A stretch of 64,000 bases of DNA, taken from Podarcis bocagei. Taxonomy: Eukaryota. The translations under genes were made by a program, and so were the position numbers. The notes beneath the pieces were generated by a model. That model was given only the letters and a program-made list of their open reading frames with translations, had not been told where the DNA came from and did no database searches. This document shows positions 37,339-49,656 of this stretch, piece by piece (position 1 is the stretch's first letter; the number at the start of each line of letters is the position of its first letter). The stretch is taken from assembly GCA_964188305.1 (NCBI GenBank), contig OZ076889.1; one strand, written 5' to 3'.

Positions 37339-39737
37339 CTTTATAGAGAAGAAGCCTATAAAAAAGTAGCTGTCCAGAATATAACTGTTCACAAGAAGTA
37401 TCTGGGCTATTACCAATTTGATGCTCCTTCACTCCCAAACGTCTTGCTCACATACATCCTAACTAACTAAATGAAAGCACAGAACGAGTGACGATATCAT
37501 AATGTCTAATATAATCAATGTAAATCTTGCTAAGTGTTGTGATTTGGTCACGTTTAAGTAACAGGCGTTAGATTTAGGGGGGGGGAATCTATAAGCAGCA
37601 ACAGCAAAAACTGCAGGCTAGGCTTTACTTTGCAAAACAACAACAGCAATAAACTGTGTTCAAGTAAAAGTATTTAGCTGTATTCTTGCTCATTTTCTTT
37701 GGAGGCTGTCTGTTAAAATAGTAGTCATTGCCCAGAAACGCAGAAACCTCAGGCATACTGTATTTCTCAGAAAGATTAGAAGAGGCTTGGTTTACCCAGT
37801 TAACTCTGGGCAACCATATACCAGAAGGCCTGGTGGCATTTGCCACAGCAATATCTCCACTGTGTGTGCATTTTCAGTTCATTAAAAAAAGATGTTAATT
37901 GTGGCCGGTAGTCGAGAATCTTTCTTTTAAAGTCAGTTATCAGCGGTTTCCTTTTGCATGGCTGGCTCGCTGATGGGGAGCTGTCCGCTTATTTAAAAAA
38001 CAATGCCTCAGTTATCATATTGTTTAGTGTGGGGCGGGGAAGTGAAGCATTCAAATGCGAACAAATCCAAAGCAGGAAAGCAACACATCAAAAACAGGGA
38101 GGGGTGTTCAGGGCAGATTTTACAACCTGAATAAATCAGTTCAATGAAGGAGTTTTGTTGGAGTACTCCAACTGACAGGACTTGGCCCTTAGTTATTATT
38201 TCATGTATATGTTTTTTCATGTACATGTTTAGAATTTCATTCAAAATGACAATTTATTTTTTATTTTTTACAAGTATTACCTCATGTCAATAAAGTACTG
38301 AGTACTTGTTAATGTATTTGTATCAGGCTTGTCCAAAAGACTTTAGTCTATGGGAATTCGTTTTTTCTTTAGGATACCCTCTGTACATAAAAGGGACAGA
38401 AGGTACAACCTTAGATCTTATTCCATATACAAGTAGAAACACAAATTCCTTTAACAATTAATAGGTACTCTGTTTACATTCCAGACAATTTATTGCAATG
38501 CATCACTCACAATATATTCAATAAAATTGATAAACTGTGACTGCCATATCTGTCGTGTAACATGCTGAAGGAAAAATTCCAGTTTTGTCCAATATAAAAC
38601 ATTTAGTTTACTATCATTAATGCTTCTTCTAGAGTTCACAAGCAGAGTCCAAGTCCAATATTATTCTGTAGTTCCAAGTTGGTACACCTGTTTTTTAGGT
38701 AGAAGATCCCAACCAGATTCATTAACTCAAAGATTCTAGGGATGCATATCCTATTAAGATGGTAAGCTTGACATTGCTTGTCTTGATCAACCATTGTGCT
38801 AATACCATCTCCATTTATATCCATAGGGTGTACATTTTTCTTTTATTCTACAAATACAGTAAAATACATTTATTCATTTTAGCCTAATAACCGCCATCCT
38901 GATCTCCATGACTCTGTATACAATGGATATCCAGTGTGGCCTATAAGAAACTATTTTTTTATCATGCCTAATGGATGATGTTCCTCTGTGTGTGAAACTA
39001 AACGGCTTGGGCAGGAGACTGGGATGCTATGAGTCTGTGTAGATCTTTGACCTATTCTGATTGTTGCCTTCTTCATTTTTTTTCAAATCTGTTTTCCTGT
39101 TTTGTGAGAGCATGGGAACAAGTATGGAATGAGTGTTTTTTTCCATTAGTTATTTGTAAGATTCTTATAAAGTATCTGTAACCAAAGCATAAATGAAATA
39201 CATTAAATCTGCTGATGAACTATTTCAAAAGGTTATGACTTCTTGACTGTCATAATTGGTTTATCTGAAAAGATCATTAAAGAACTTGGGGAATTGGATA
39301 CATATATGCCTTTAAATTAATTCACAGAATAGGCCTTGGGTTAATGGAAGTTTAGCTTTAATGCTTAATCAGGAGTATGCAAAGGAGCTTGAATTAAGAA
39401 GAACCTTTGTATTATTTGTGATTTGAAGCAAATAATCCATGGCATTGTAAAGGGGTTAGGATCAATTCTTCCTATTATTTTAGATAGTGTTTTCCATTGC
39501 AATTTATTTGAGGTCCAATGTATATGCTCTGAGGAGTTACTGTCAATTGTCTACTAGTGTGTGATGACATTCTGGCCTGTGACCCTTGTGGTTCCATTTG
39601 GAACCTTCACTAGATTGTTTATGGAAGGGGGGAAAATGAATGCAGTGTGTCTTGGAGTCGATAGCTTCTCTAAAGTATGGAACAAGGAAACGCATCTTCA
39701 AAAGTTCCAACTTGTCTATGAACAAGTTGCTTTTTGG

Positions 39738-39790
39738 AAGGGGCCATAGTTTAGTGATAGAGCACAGGTTTGGCATATGAAAGGTTCCAC
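39738..39790 (+). mobile_element. Squam3 SINE head fragment
   Basis: GGGGCCATAGTTTAGTGATAGAGCACAGGTTTGGCATATGAAAGGTTCC resembles the tRNA head of 32976-33172. Confidence 0.5.
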
Positions 39791-39849
39791 AAATTGGTAA
39801 TCTGCATACTTTCTACAGTGCTACAATATGATCCAGTCTTCTGGTTGTG

Positions 39850-39900
39850 GTAAAAATATTGGCAGCACCATTTTGAACTAGTTGAAACTTCTGGAGTGCT
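39850..39900 (-). mobile_element. Tiny L2 ORF2 fragment
   Basis: Reverse complement encodes QLVQNGAA (L2 motif LQLVQNAAA). Confidence 0.5.
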
Positions 39901-42209
39901 CCACCCAAAGCACATGTATAGGGTTGCACTGTAGATTTACCTGTTACTTGTTAGAAAGAAGGGTAGGATATGTCTAACAAAATAGTATGTCTCTGTTTTA
40001 TCACATCAAGTAGACCCCAGTTTGTGAATGGTCCTATGCATCTATGCAATAAGTAAGAGTAAGGTGATTTCTTAAAATAGACAAAACCTGGAACACCTGA
40101 ATTCATTCAAGCTGTCCTCCACCTTCTTGTTTTTAGTTATGCAGGTGTTCTTAGCAATTTCAGTGAATGAGGGGCAGAAGAAATGTTCTGTAGATAGAAT
40201 GATTTCTATAAATAGAAGGAATTTTCTGAGTATTCCAGAATGGATAAGTGGGTATTTAGAAATCTTATACAGAGAATCCTAAACCTGCTGATAGCATAAT
40301 GTAGTCAGGCATAACTATACTTTAAAAAAGATATTTGGTTTGCTTCCTGGTACCATTAACATACTGTAGTGTGAAGTTGACGTATAATATAATGTACATC
40401 TGATTTGGGAGATAATCTAAATAGTGAATTAGTTTATGTTCCAGCTGTGAGTGTGTACAATTCTGAGCCTGCTTTTATCTGGAAAATTAAAATCAGGTTT
40501 TTTGAAGCATAGCCCCACAGATTGTTCAGCATTTAGTGGAAGGAACACTGTCTAAACTTGATTTACTGCATATTTCAGGCAAACAGACATTTGAAAAAGC
40601 ATTGACCTCATGCTAGCTTCTCAGAAAGCTTTGTTAAGTATTCCCTCTTAATCCCAGTTTGCAGGTGACCTTAGTTTGAGATGTGCTATTCTTTAACAAG
40701 GGTTCATTTGTCAGTTCTTTTGGATTTCTCAAAGTCCTTTATATAAGACAACGTAAGAGGCTGATTTAATTATTCTTATACACTTAACTAACAATCCTCC
40801 CTGTCTCAGTTCAGCAGCTGTAGAATGCACTCCCCTTCCTTAAGTGAACTGGTTAGAGAGTTGAGAAGGTTACTTGAGGTATTGAAACAGGGCATGTAGG
40901 TAAAAGTAGATGATCTTATGCAGTGTTAATCTGGATTATGTTGGAGAAATTAGTTTTGATTTTGATTTTCACAGATAAAGCCATTTCTTTTTAAACAATT
41001 ATGTCTCAGCACACTTGTCTCTATTTTACATTATATAATGATTTTTATTCAGCAAATTTAAATACTTGAATGCTCCAATGAATTAGTTCTGTTGCTTAGT
41101 AATGAACAGCATGATGTAAAAGACCTTTGTGTTATTGTGGTCTGTATTTAGAGTACTAAAATATAGTAGTGAAATTGAAATAGGGAAATCAGTGTTTGGT
41201 TTCTTGAAAAGATCTCTCTGTGTTTTTAAACACATTCAAAATGTAAGTTTCTAGCCCTCATGAATCTGAAATGTTCAGCCAGCCTCCTCCAAAATCTGTG
41301 GAACTCTTATCAAATTCCAGACCCTTCCTGTTTCTTCTAACCCACTTATTATCCTCAGAACCAGCTCTATAGATTCGAAAGATAACATTCATAGCATTAA
41401 TTTTGGAAGGTAAACAATGTATGTAGGTTGGGATAACTTTGAGAACAGAATCCGGGTTTCCTTGGCAAAGCCTTTATGTATAATTACTTTAGAGAAGTGG
41501 GAAGGTTTTTGATACAGCAAGACCATGGTCCCTCCTGTATGTTCCTTGGTGGGATTTCTCTGGCACATTGATTATGACTGAGGACTTGTTAGTATCTGCA
41601 ACCAAGGGAAGTAAAAGCATTGAATGCAGTTTACTCTAACTGCAGGAGGGATTTTTGCTTTGTCGACCAAGTGGGTCACTGTCATTGGAACTACCAAAGG
41701 AGAATAACCAGAAACGATGGTGCCCTCCTCAAAAGAATTCTACAACTGATGATTTGATAGACAGGCTCTGCCACATGAACCATCTATTCTAGGACAGCTG
41801 ATATTTTGTTCTGTAGAGCATAGTGCACTTCCCAGTGGGGATTCAGAGCAGCATCAGCATCGCTGGATCCTCAGGGAGAATGCCCTTGCTTTCTCTGAAT
41901 GACCACCAGAACAAGAAGACTGAGTGATACTTTCAAATTCACCCTTAATTAATGAGCACATGCACATTTAAGGCAATGATAGCAAAATGTTGACCTACAG
42001 CTAACCCAGCAGAAAAAGGCTATTTAAAGCTATTTGTTTCTAAAGACTGCCTTTAATTGATAATGAGAAACAATTTGATTCATTTGCTGCATGTTTTCCT
42101 TTCCTTTCTTTTTTTGTTGAACGAACATTCTCATGCTACACACTGAATTTATTAAATGGACTATATGAATGTTCTAGTGCTATTTAATATTCTCATACAT
42201 CCATGGAAT

Positions 42210-42605
42210 TTAGATCTAATAGGTCATTGTGCCCTGCTATTACATGATTGCTCCCTACAGCATATTTACTCTGTGTATTGACTGTCCGGCTTAGTTTTTA
42301 ACCACTTCCCTTGGGAGATTCTTCTGCAGCCCAGTCTATCGTATTGCAAGGACAGTTTTCTAAATCTCCACAATAATTTTTCCTTTCTTAATTTAATCAC
42401 TTAGTTCTTAGTTTTATCATCCCGTATTACTCTTCTTGATGTTTATACTATTAAATATTTAGAGTCTTCTCTGATGTTATTGTATAATCAAGCTGTAAAC
42501 GTTTAGCTCTTTGAAGTGTTCATCATTTAATCCATTTCTCTAGTCCCCTAATTAGTTTGGTGGCTGTTCTTTGATACTTTGCGTACTGGGCTACAACACT
42601 GAGCA
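42210..42605 (-). mobile_element. Ancient CR1/L3 fragment
   Basis: Degenerate reverse-strand similarity to the CR1 ORF2 end (AAGCTGTAAACGTTTAGCTCTTT...TTTGGTGGCTGTTCTTTG). Confidence 0.45.
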
Positions 42606-43529
42606 TCAGCTGAAGGATTAGGAATTTTCAGTATTTGTGTAGGTTGATTGTTAAATAGATCAGTGGAAAGAAAAGACCACATGTCAGTGGAGTAGACAGG
42701 TGTATCTTAAACACCTGGTGGTGCTCCTTGTGGTTTTGTTTTGATGTACTTGTTTACACAGTCTGCATGCCTATGTCTCCTGATAGCCATACTGCGCCCC
42801 CACCCTTTCCTAGAAAGTGGGGATTTCTCCTGGTTTCAAATGAATACAGGACCATTCCCTTCTGCTTGAGGCGAGGAAAGCAGGAGAAGAGTACATGAAG
42901 GAGTACAGGAGGCCCTCTGTTAGTCACTCTGCATATACAATTGTATGTGGATTGACAACAATATCATATGGGTTTTAAGAAAAATATTTTAGAAAATCAA
43001 CTAGATCAAATGATGGTTTTCTGGTTTGTTGTAGCTCTTGTGCAGAAATTGCATTGACCTTTGACACCATATTGAATCATAAGAATGTATCATTTCCCCC
43101 TAGTTTGTAATCTGTTTTAGCCTTGTTACTTTCTAATTTTTCACCTTATTCTTGATCTGCTTTTCCATTGTTCCAGCTCCTTGTTTAAAAGTAATTTGCT
43201 TTTTGGATACCTTTTCACATTTCTCACATTATTATTCTCTGTATCCCTTGGCTTATACAATATACCAGTTTAAATTCATGATAAAGTTTTTTGTACCATT
43301 AAATGAATGAGAATGCTGAAGAAGAAAGATAGGACTTACATTTTTACATCATTTCCCCCTTCCCACCTTTAATCCACATTAGCCATACCTACCCAACTCA
43401 TGAAATTACTATTTGGTATTACCTAGATAAAGTTCTATTCAATACAGTGGATTGGATCCTACAAAGTTCTTAGCTCACATTCCTCTTAACATAGTATGAA
43501 TCAGGCAGAAACAAAGTATGCATGAAGAT

Positions 43530-43800
43530 GTTGAGATGTTGTTCCTGAGGGCTGGACTAGAACTAATGGCTGGAAGTGGCAAGGAAGCAAATTTTGGCTA
43601 AGCATCAGGAGAAACCTCCTAATGGTGAGAACTGTTTTAGAGTGAAACAGATCAATTTAGGAGGTGCTAAGCTTTCTTTCTCTGGGGGTATTTAAGCAGA
43701 ATATGGATAGTCACCTGTCAGGGATACTGTATAGTCGTGCATTGGCCAGAAGGTTTAATTTGGCGGCCTCCAAAATCCCTTCCGCCTTGAAAATTCTGTG
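43530..43800 (+). mobile_element. CR1 3' fragment
   Basis: Colinear with 54441-54830 (GGACTAGAACTAATGG...GGCTAAGCATCAGGAGAAACCTCCT...GATAGTCACCTGTCAGGGAT...ATCCCTTCC). Confidence 0.75.
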
Positions 43801-44334
43801 CCACATTACAGATGCCCACAAAAGTAAACATATTATTGAAACTGTATCAAAATACCTGGCTCAGAAAAACAGAATTTACCATTTACTTCAAAGGAAGGCA
43901 CCAGCTCATTTGATATTTGAAATCAAAGCATGATGCCTATATTTTGTGATTCCATAATCTTCAAAGTGCTTTAAATGACTGAGGCTGAAAGTTTGCATAG
44001 GATTGCACCCTTAAGCTTGCATTGGCAGAGTTCTCTATGGCCAAGAACCATAATGTTATTTCACTGTTCGTTTCAGTGAATGGATGTGAAGCAGTCCCTT
44101 AGGTTATGCCACCTATTTTTCTAATGAAAGTAAGCAAGATGTCAAGGTTCATAGAAGTGTCAGTGAAGCATATAAATGATTGATCTAGCACCCCACCGGC
44201 TATGCATTCTGGCCCACCATGTCTCCCATACATCTGTCTGTTTTTATCTGCCTTACTAGAACTGCAAAAACTGGGTTTGCAAGCACCTGGCAGGCCAAAG
44301 TATCTGGCTGGAAATTTATGCTGGTGTGGTTCTT

Positions 44335-44412
44335 AGTTAAAACTTAGTATTTAAGATGTCACAAGAAGATTCCTAGTTGTTTTTGTTGCAACAGATTAAC
44401 ATGGCTGCTATT
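44335..44412. mobile_element. Penelope-derived terminal-repeat fragment
   Basis: TTAGTATTTAAGATGTCACAAGA...TTGTTTTTGTTGCAACAGATTAACATGGCT, reverse complementary to the start of 54927-55072. Confidence 0.6.
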
Positions 44413-44736
44413 CTTAATAGTTTGAGAAGCAGAAACATGTGACTGTTTTCTTGCCCTTTCTCTTTCCATGCCACCTTGGTGTCATGTCATCTCTGCGTTT
44501 TTTCCTCGCCCATAAAGGAGAGTGGCACTGAGGTCCCACCCCCCACCCTCCAAGGGGCTTTTTCCAAGGTTTTGTTCATTATTGTTTGTAAAGTGCTTTG
44601 GGGAACATGGCTGAGAGACATGCAAGGCATCATTATGGTTAATAATCCATTATTTAAAATATTTGGGACCATTGAGAAAAATAATGACATGTATGTAGTG
44701 GAGTGGTTAATGCGATTGCATCTCTTACAGGTTTCA

Positions 44737-44996
44737 NNNNNNNNNNNNNNNNNNNNNNNNNNNNNNNNNNNNNNNNNNNNNNNNNNNNNNNNNNNNNNNN
44801 NNNNNNNNNNNNNNNNNNNNNNNNNNNNNNNNNNNNNNNNNNNNNNNNNNNNNNNNNNNNNNNNNNNNNNNNNNNNNNNNNNNNNNNNNNNNNNNNNNNN
44901 NNNNNNNNNNNNNNNNNNNNNNNNNNNNNNNNNNNNNNNNNNNNNNNNNNNNNNNNNNNNNNNNNNNNNNNNNNNNNNNNNNNNNNNNNNNNNNNN
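44737..44996. other. Assembly gap (260 N)
   Basis: Run of N. Confidence 1.
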
Positions 44997-45455
44997 AAAT
45001 AACATAGCTAAGCCTTTTCCTAGTAAAATGATGGATTCTGTGGCATTAAAGCGAATATTTATATTTCTGGCATTTTGATTACTTCTGTCTATATTTACAC
45101 TAATGCACAATGAAGAAAAACACAATTGGATAGAATATTGATGCTGTTAGTTTTATTTGATTATTGTTTGAGCATTTTAAAGTACCCTTTAGGTGCACAT
45201 GTTGTAGGATTTTATGCAGTATCATATTTTGTATCCATTTGCTGCATATGCTGTTTCAGTGATTCAAAAATAAAATAAAAGTCCCAATCTAGAGAATCCC
45301 TGTGGGCTCAGGAGCCCAAATGCATATGGGGCATTCCTACACATTCAAAGGTTTTCCTATGCAAAGCAATACTTGGGACATTTATATGTGTACATGACCA
45401 TTTCGTACCTCATCACAGTCAATGGGGGAGTCCTTGCTATTATGAAACTCTACAT

Positions 45456-45582
45456 AGGCATGGGAACCATGGCCCTCCAGATAGCATTGGACCACCCCTT
45501 CCATCAGACTTGACCATGAAAGCTGAGGCTGATGGGAGCTGGACTCCAACCACATCTGGAGGACATCAGTTCCTCATCCCAG
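45456..45582. mobile_element. Palindromic hAT (Charlie-like) MITE
   Basis: ATGGGAACCATGGCCCTCCAGAT ... ATCTGGAGGACATCAGTTCCTCATCCC inverted ends. Degenerate 8-bp flanks CTCTACAT / CTATATAT. Confidence 0.75.
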
Positions 45583-46465
45583 CTATATATATCCACTGAG
45601 AAATCTCTCAAACTCTGGATTTATAGACTAGGACCATTCAGTCTACCAATTATTGCTTCTGAGCAACTTTCCATCTTTTAAAAAATCCATACATATTTAT
45701 TTATTTAGAAGATTTTGATTGAATGATTCTCAAGGTGACTTAGAACAGATTGCAACAGTACAAAAACAAACAAAACACACACCACACACTGACAGCTCTC
45801 TTTAGTCCTCTGGCTGATGAATGGGGCCATAGAGTGTTTTCTCTCTAGGTCTGTACTTTAGAGTGTACTTCTTGGCAGGGAAGGAGAAAGCATGCTTCTT
45901 CCAATTGCTCTGGGACTAGGGAGTCTTCTCCTCGCTGTGATATTCTTTCTGAGAGGCAGGGGATATAACATCCTGCTATCCTTAGTTTTCTGCCCCAAAG
46001 CAGCCAGTATGGGGAGCTGCCATCGCAGAGCCAGCGCCCTGGCAATGGTGTCACTACAGGGGCAGGGCTGGGCAACTTCAACCTTACTACCAACGTGGCC
46101 CACCAGGTAAGAAGCAGTAACAGCTGCTGAGAGACCAGCTTTGCTGCACAAGCCACTCCTTTTCCTTCTGCAGTCTCCGTTCTGCTGATCAATCTCTTGT
46201 TCTTTCTTCCAATCCACATGCACTTGGTGCATTGTATGTAGAATTGGAAAATTCCTACATGCATTGTTGCTTTAGATCGTGGTCATTTGATTCTGGTGCT
46301 TATGAATTTAAAATATATTTTTTCAAGGTCTGATCACAACCATTTCCATTTAAGATTTGAGAAACACCTCTGCAGTCAGATCTGAGTTCTCCACCAATGC
46401 ATTTTATAAAGTTTTATAGGCATAGTCAAGGTGGGGACGGGGGCAACTGCCCCCCCCATCAAGTA

Positions 46466-47165
46466 CCGTATTTTTTGCTCTATAAGACTCACTTTTTCCC
46501 TCCTAAAAAGTAAGGGGAAATGTGTGTGCATCTTATGGAGCGAATGCAGGCTGCGCAGCTATCCCAGAAGCCAGAACAGCAAGAGGGATTGCTGCTTTCA
46601 CTGCGCAGCAATCCCTCTTGCTGTTCTGGCTTCTGAGATTCACGCAGTGAATGTACGGCAAATTCACGCGGGTTCCAATGCATGCGCGTCTCTGCCCTTG
46701 TATGTCTAATAAGGTAGAATCTGTCACACACATTCTTCTATTTTGCGAATTTTATAGTGAAGAACGAGTTCAACTTATTTTACCGCTTCTATCAAAATTT
46801 ATACCCCTTCAATATTATTTGGAATCCTCCCCTGAAATTCTTCGAAAATACCTCCTGGAAGATTCCTCAAGCTCAATATCATATGAGGTGGCTAAATTTT
46901 GCACTTTAGTAATTAGGAAGCGTAAATCTCTTCTGTTGAATGGCACACTGCGAAGTTCCCTTGTCTAACCTTTTTTCTTTTCTGAGGTTGTTGCTGATTT
47001 CTTGTTGTCTGATCTTGTGGTGTTTAGTGTCACTGGCTTTGGCCGCAATAAAACTTGACTGACTGACTGGCTTCTGAGATTCAGAATATTTTTTTTCTTG
47101 TTTTCCTCCTCCAAAAACTAGGTGCGTCTTGTGGTCTGGTGCATCTTATAGAGCGAAAAATACGG
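46466..47165. mobile_element. Tc1/mariner Tc2-type MITE, interrupted by a LINE
   Basis: TA|CCGTATTTTTTGCTCTATAAGA ... TCTTATAGAGCGAAAAATACGG|TA (21/22 TIR match, TA TSD). Confidence 0.9.
46643..47066 (+). mobile_element. 5'-truncated non-LTR retrotransposon (RTEX-like), ORF2 C-terminus plus 3' UTR
   Basis: ORF 46651-46968 has RLCPC-x5-ESVTHILLFCEFY...R (CCHC knuckle). AATAAA at 47047-47052, (TGAC)n tail, perfect 17-bp TSD CTGGCTTCTGAGATTCA (46626-46642 and 47067-47083). Confidence 0.88.
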
Positions 47166-49335
47166 TAAAAATAACAAAACTTAACTAACTGAAGTTCTGC
47201 CCCCCCCAACATAAAGTCTGCCCCTCCCTAACATAAATCCTGTACAGTACAGGAACCCATGTACAGTTTTGATCATTTCAGTATGCTTATTCAACAGGAG
47301 GACAGTTTATAGTGTGCTTTTAAACTATATGGTTATTTGTTAAGTAAATTCTGCAATTCAGAAGCTGCAGTTTTGAACATGCTGACTAGAGACTATGGGG
47401 CTTATTTCTGAGTAGATGAGGACAGGATTGCACTGCACATGATACTACTGATAAAAAAGAAAGGACCCAGATTCTACTTGTATTAAATAAGTTATGATTT
47501 AAAATTGGGATGTGTATGTAATTTGATTAATAGATAATCTGCACGAGAGGATTAAACTTTTTCTCTCTGTGGTGTTTGAAATTGTAAGAGGTGAGCATCT
47601 TTTTGATCTTGTAGGCCACCTATTAAATAGAGCTATTTCATTTTAAGCTGTCCCTCTGTACACATAACTTAGGTTACCTTTCCCAGTGTGTATTCCTGGT
47701 CTGTTTAAAATAGATTAGGGTTTTACATATATTTTGTTTTGATGTCTGGTACTGAGTATACAAGAGCTAATCATCTTGACCTTTCTGACAAACAGAGCAA
47801 CAGAAGGATGCATCTCTCAGAGTTAATTCTGTCTTGTTCTCAGTGGGAACAGAACATTCCTCTGTGATCCTCTTTCACATGATTCACTCAGGCCTCCTGG
47901 AAGCCACTCTTGATACTATTAGTGCTGGGATACTTAGGTCTAAAGTAGATCGACAGTAGTGACATCACAGACCATTTGTGGTTTAGAGACAGATTGAACC
48001 AGGCAAGTGGAGTTGTTAAGACTCATATTAAGGAAACAGTAGAAAATGGGATTAAATAGTAGAGTATTTTTTTGCATTTTTTAGTTTTCATTTTCATCTA
48101 CTTAAGCACAGATTTAAGAAAGAAACAAGAGATTTCAATGAACTTAACAACCGGATTTAAATAACCTGATGATGAAATCCTTTATTAGGCTATATTTGGT
48201 ACCAGTTAAGAGATGACAACACATAAAACGACAACCAGTATTTCAGCATATATAATTTTATTTAAACAATTCCAACAGCAATATGAGAAGCTATATTTAT
48301 TTCCAAGAAAAAATTTTTGATATAGGAAAACTGGATGAAAGTTAAATTGCCTTAAATTACTTGAATCTCTTTCAGTCAGAAAACAAACAAACTTGGAAGT
48401 GTATACTATACTCTGTTTCTTTCTGACGCAACACAATAAATGTTGCTGTATTTTCAAACTGACAGTAAATAAATACCAAGAAATTGTTGCAAATCTGTCT
48501 ATAGGATGTCACCAAGTTTTGTAGGAGTGATTCTTCAGTTTACACTTGTTTTTAACACTCGTGTCTTGTTCTACCTCTGGAATCCAAAAGTACAGTACAA
48601 CAGTTTTTATTTGCTTGCCTTCTGTTTAGTTTCACAATTATTTATCAATGATGAAGCAGGTCCAGCCGTTCCTGATTGGCTTAAGGTCCAGTGGGTTATT
48701 AAGAGTGCTCTTCTTGCCCTTTGGTTCATCCTAGAGTACCTTTCCTCATCAACACTAAAGCAGTCATTATCTTGTCATTGCAATGAAGCAGGGTTTTTTT
48801 TTTTAAAAAAATGGCTTTATGTACACATTGACCTGAAAGTGACCCTAGCTGGTGAGCAAGGGAGTGTAGTTATAGGGGACGGCAAAAGGCAGAGGAGTAT
48901 CACTCCTGATGATATCAGCTCGGAATCAATCACTTCTGAGATAATTTCTGTTATAACTCTGATAATTTCCCACTTGTCTTCTTGACCGAGGTAAGTTTTT
49001 AACAAACAACGCTGCCTCTAGACTAGCACCCTGTCCTTCCCACATCCTCCTCCCTGACTTTCCCACTGCTTATGATGACTACCACACCTGTTTCTTTTGC
49101 CGCTGTTGTGCCCACCTTGCATTTTCTTTGGGTGCTACTGCCATTTCAGATGATCTCTTTAGCCAGAGAATTGCTACAGAAGTGTTCATTTAATTCTTTA
49201 TTTAATATATTTATAGAGTTCCTTGCAGCCATAATGGCTCCCAAGGCAGTGTGCTATTAAAAAAACACCCAACAATTCAGCATCTAAAAATAAATCTAGG
49301 GAGCAAAAAAGAAAAAGAACAACCAATATGCAATA

Positions 49336-49576
49336 CAGTGGTACCTTGGGTTACATACGCTTCAGGTTACATACGCTTCAGGTTACACACTCTGCTAACC
49401 CAGAAATAGTGCTTCAGGTTAAGAACTTTCCTTCAGGATAAGAACAGAAATCGTACTCCGGTGGGGCGGCAGCAGCAGGAGTCCCCATTAGCTAAGTGGT
49501 GCTTCGGGTTAAGAACAGTTTCAGGTTAAGAACAGACCTACGGAATGAATTAAGTACTTAACCTGAGGTACCACTG
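49336..49576 (-). mobile_element. Tc1/mariner (Tigger-like) MITE, copy 4
   Basis: TA|CAGTGGTACCTTGGGTTA ... TAACCTGAGGTACCACTG|TA. Reverse orientation to copies 1 and 3. Confidence 0.93.
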
Positions 49577-49656
49577 TACCAGAATAAGCAAAGCAGCAGC
49601 ACCAATGAATTGCTTCATCTAAGCGCTGAAGGCATGGTGGGAAAGCTTTCCTTATA

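Larger units (their letters stand above)
46416..47260. mobile_element. Outer, older non-autonomous DNA element interrupted by the Tc2-like MITE
   Basis: Left ATAGGCATAGTCAAGG...GGGGGCAACTGCCCCCCCC and right TCTGCCCCCC...AAATCCTG...CCCAT resemble degenerate TIR ends (ATGGGCGTAGCCAGG type). Confidence 0.45.

Noticed and set aside
44476-45125. Longest ORFs (200 and 212 aa)
   Set aside because: Artefacts of reading through the N gap.
48506-48996. 159-aa ORF ending near a GAG|GTAAGT donor, plus TGATGA/CTGA boxes suggestive of a C/D snoRNA
   Set aside because: The ORF crosses T10A6, stops before the donor and has no homology I recognise. The boxes lack terminal stems and a recognisable guide.
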